Source: Chiloscyllium plagiosum
Lineage: Eukaryota
NCBI RefSeq assembly: GCF_004010195.1
Contig: NC_057718.1
Span: 61,358,301-61,422,300, forward strand
Reading direction: 5' to 3'
DNA length: 64,000 bases
In this document: positions 63,792-64,000 of the stretch, one piece after another
How the letters are laid out: every line of letters begins with the position of its first letter
Numbering within the stretch: the stretch's first letter is position 1
The notes under the pieces: generated by a model
The model's input: only the letters and a program-made list of their open reading frames with translations
Database searches by the model: none
Told to the model about the DNA's origin: nothing
Position numbers and translations under genes: made by a program

Positions 63792-64000
63792 AAACAGATG
63801 AAGGCTGTTGAACTCTGAATCAAGGTTAGTTTGTGGGCACAGTTTTAAAATCCTCATTTACAAACATGCTAAAATCCTACTTAAACAATTATTCAGAGGG
63901 CAATTTGACCACTCAATTGGTAAATTCAAATCATAGGATGAACGTAAACCCTGGGGAGATGCCAGTTTCGACTCTTGACCAGGGTTGTATTGACTCTGAA

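Overview
AT-rich, repeat-dense vertebrate genomic DNA, very probably from a shark or ray (HE1-type V-SINEs and HER1/CR1-type LINEs), and intronic or intergenic in character. No intact protein-coding gene is recognisable. The longer ORFs in the supplied track are mostly transposon fragments or their antisense frames. Mobile elements present: many CR1 LINE copies (one near full length, 45161-49100), Rex1/Babar, L2 and Tx1/L1 fragments, tRNA-derived SINEs, a collapsed Gypsy LTR element, PIF/Harbinger transposase and Myb/SANT remnants, and Penelope-like element (PLE) pieces. Three things stand out. (i) A set of very short (100-290 bp) PLE-derived insertions carry minimal hammerhead-ribozyme cores, two of them forming long near-perfect fold-back hairpins, and four are flanked by 14-15 bp target-site duplications (TSDs). 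(ii) A young 386-bp x 5.5 tandem array breaks inside the arm of one of these hairpins. (iii) There is a three-level nested insertion (SINE in Tx1/L1 in PLE) with a perfect 20-bp TSD. A possible decayed viral-type glycoprotein frame and a few candidate small exons are reported at low confidence. All calls were made by eye, and boundaries of old repeats are approximate.
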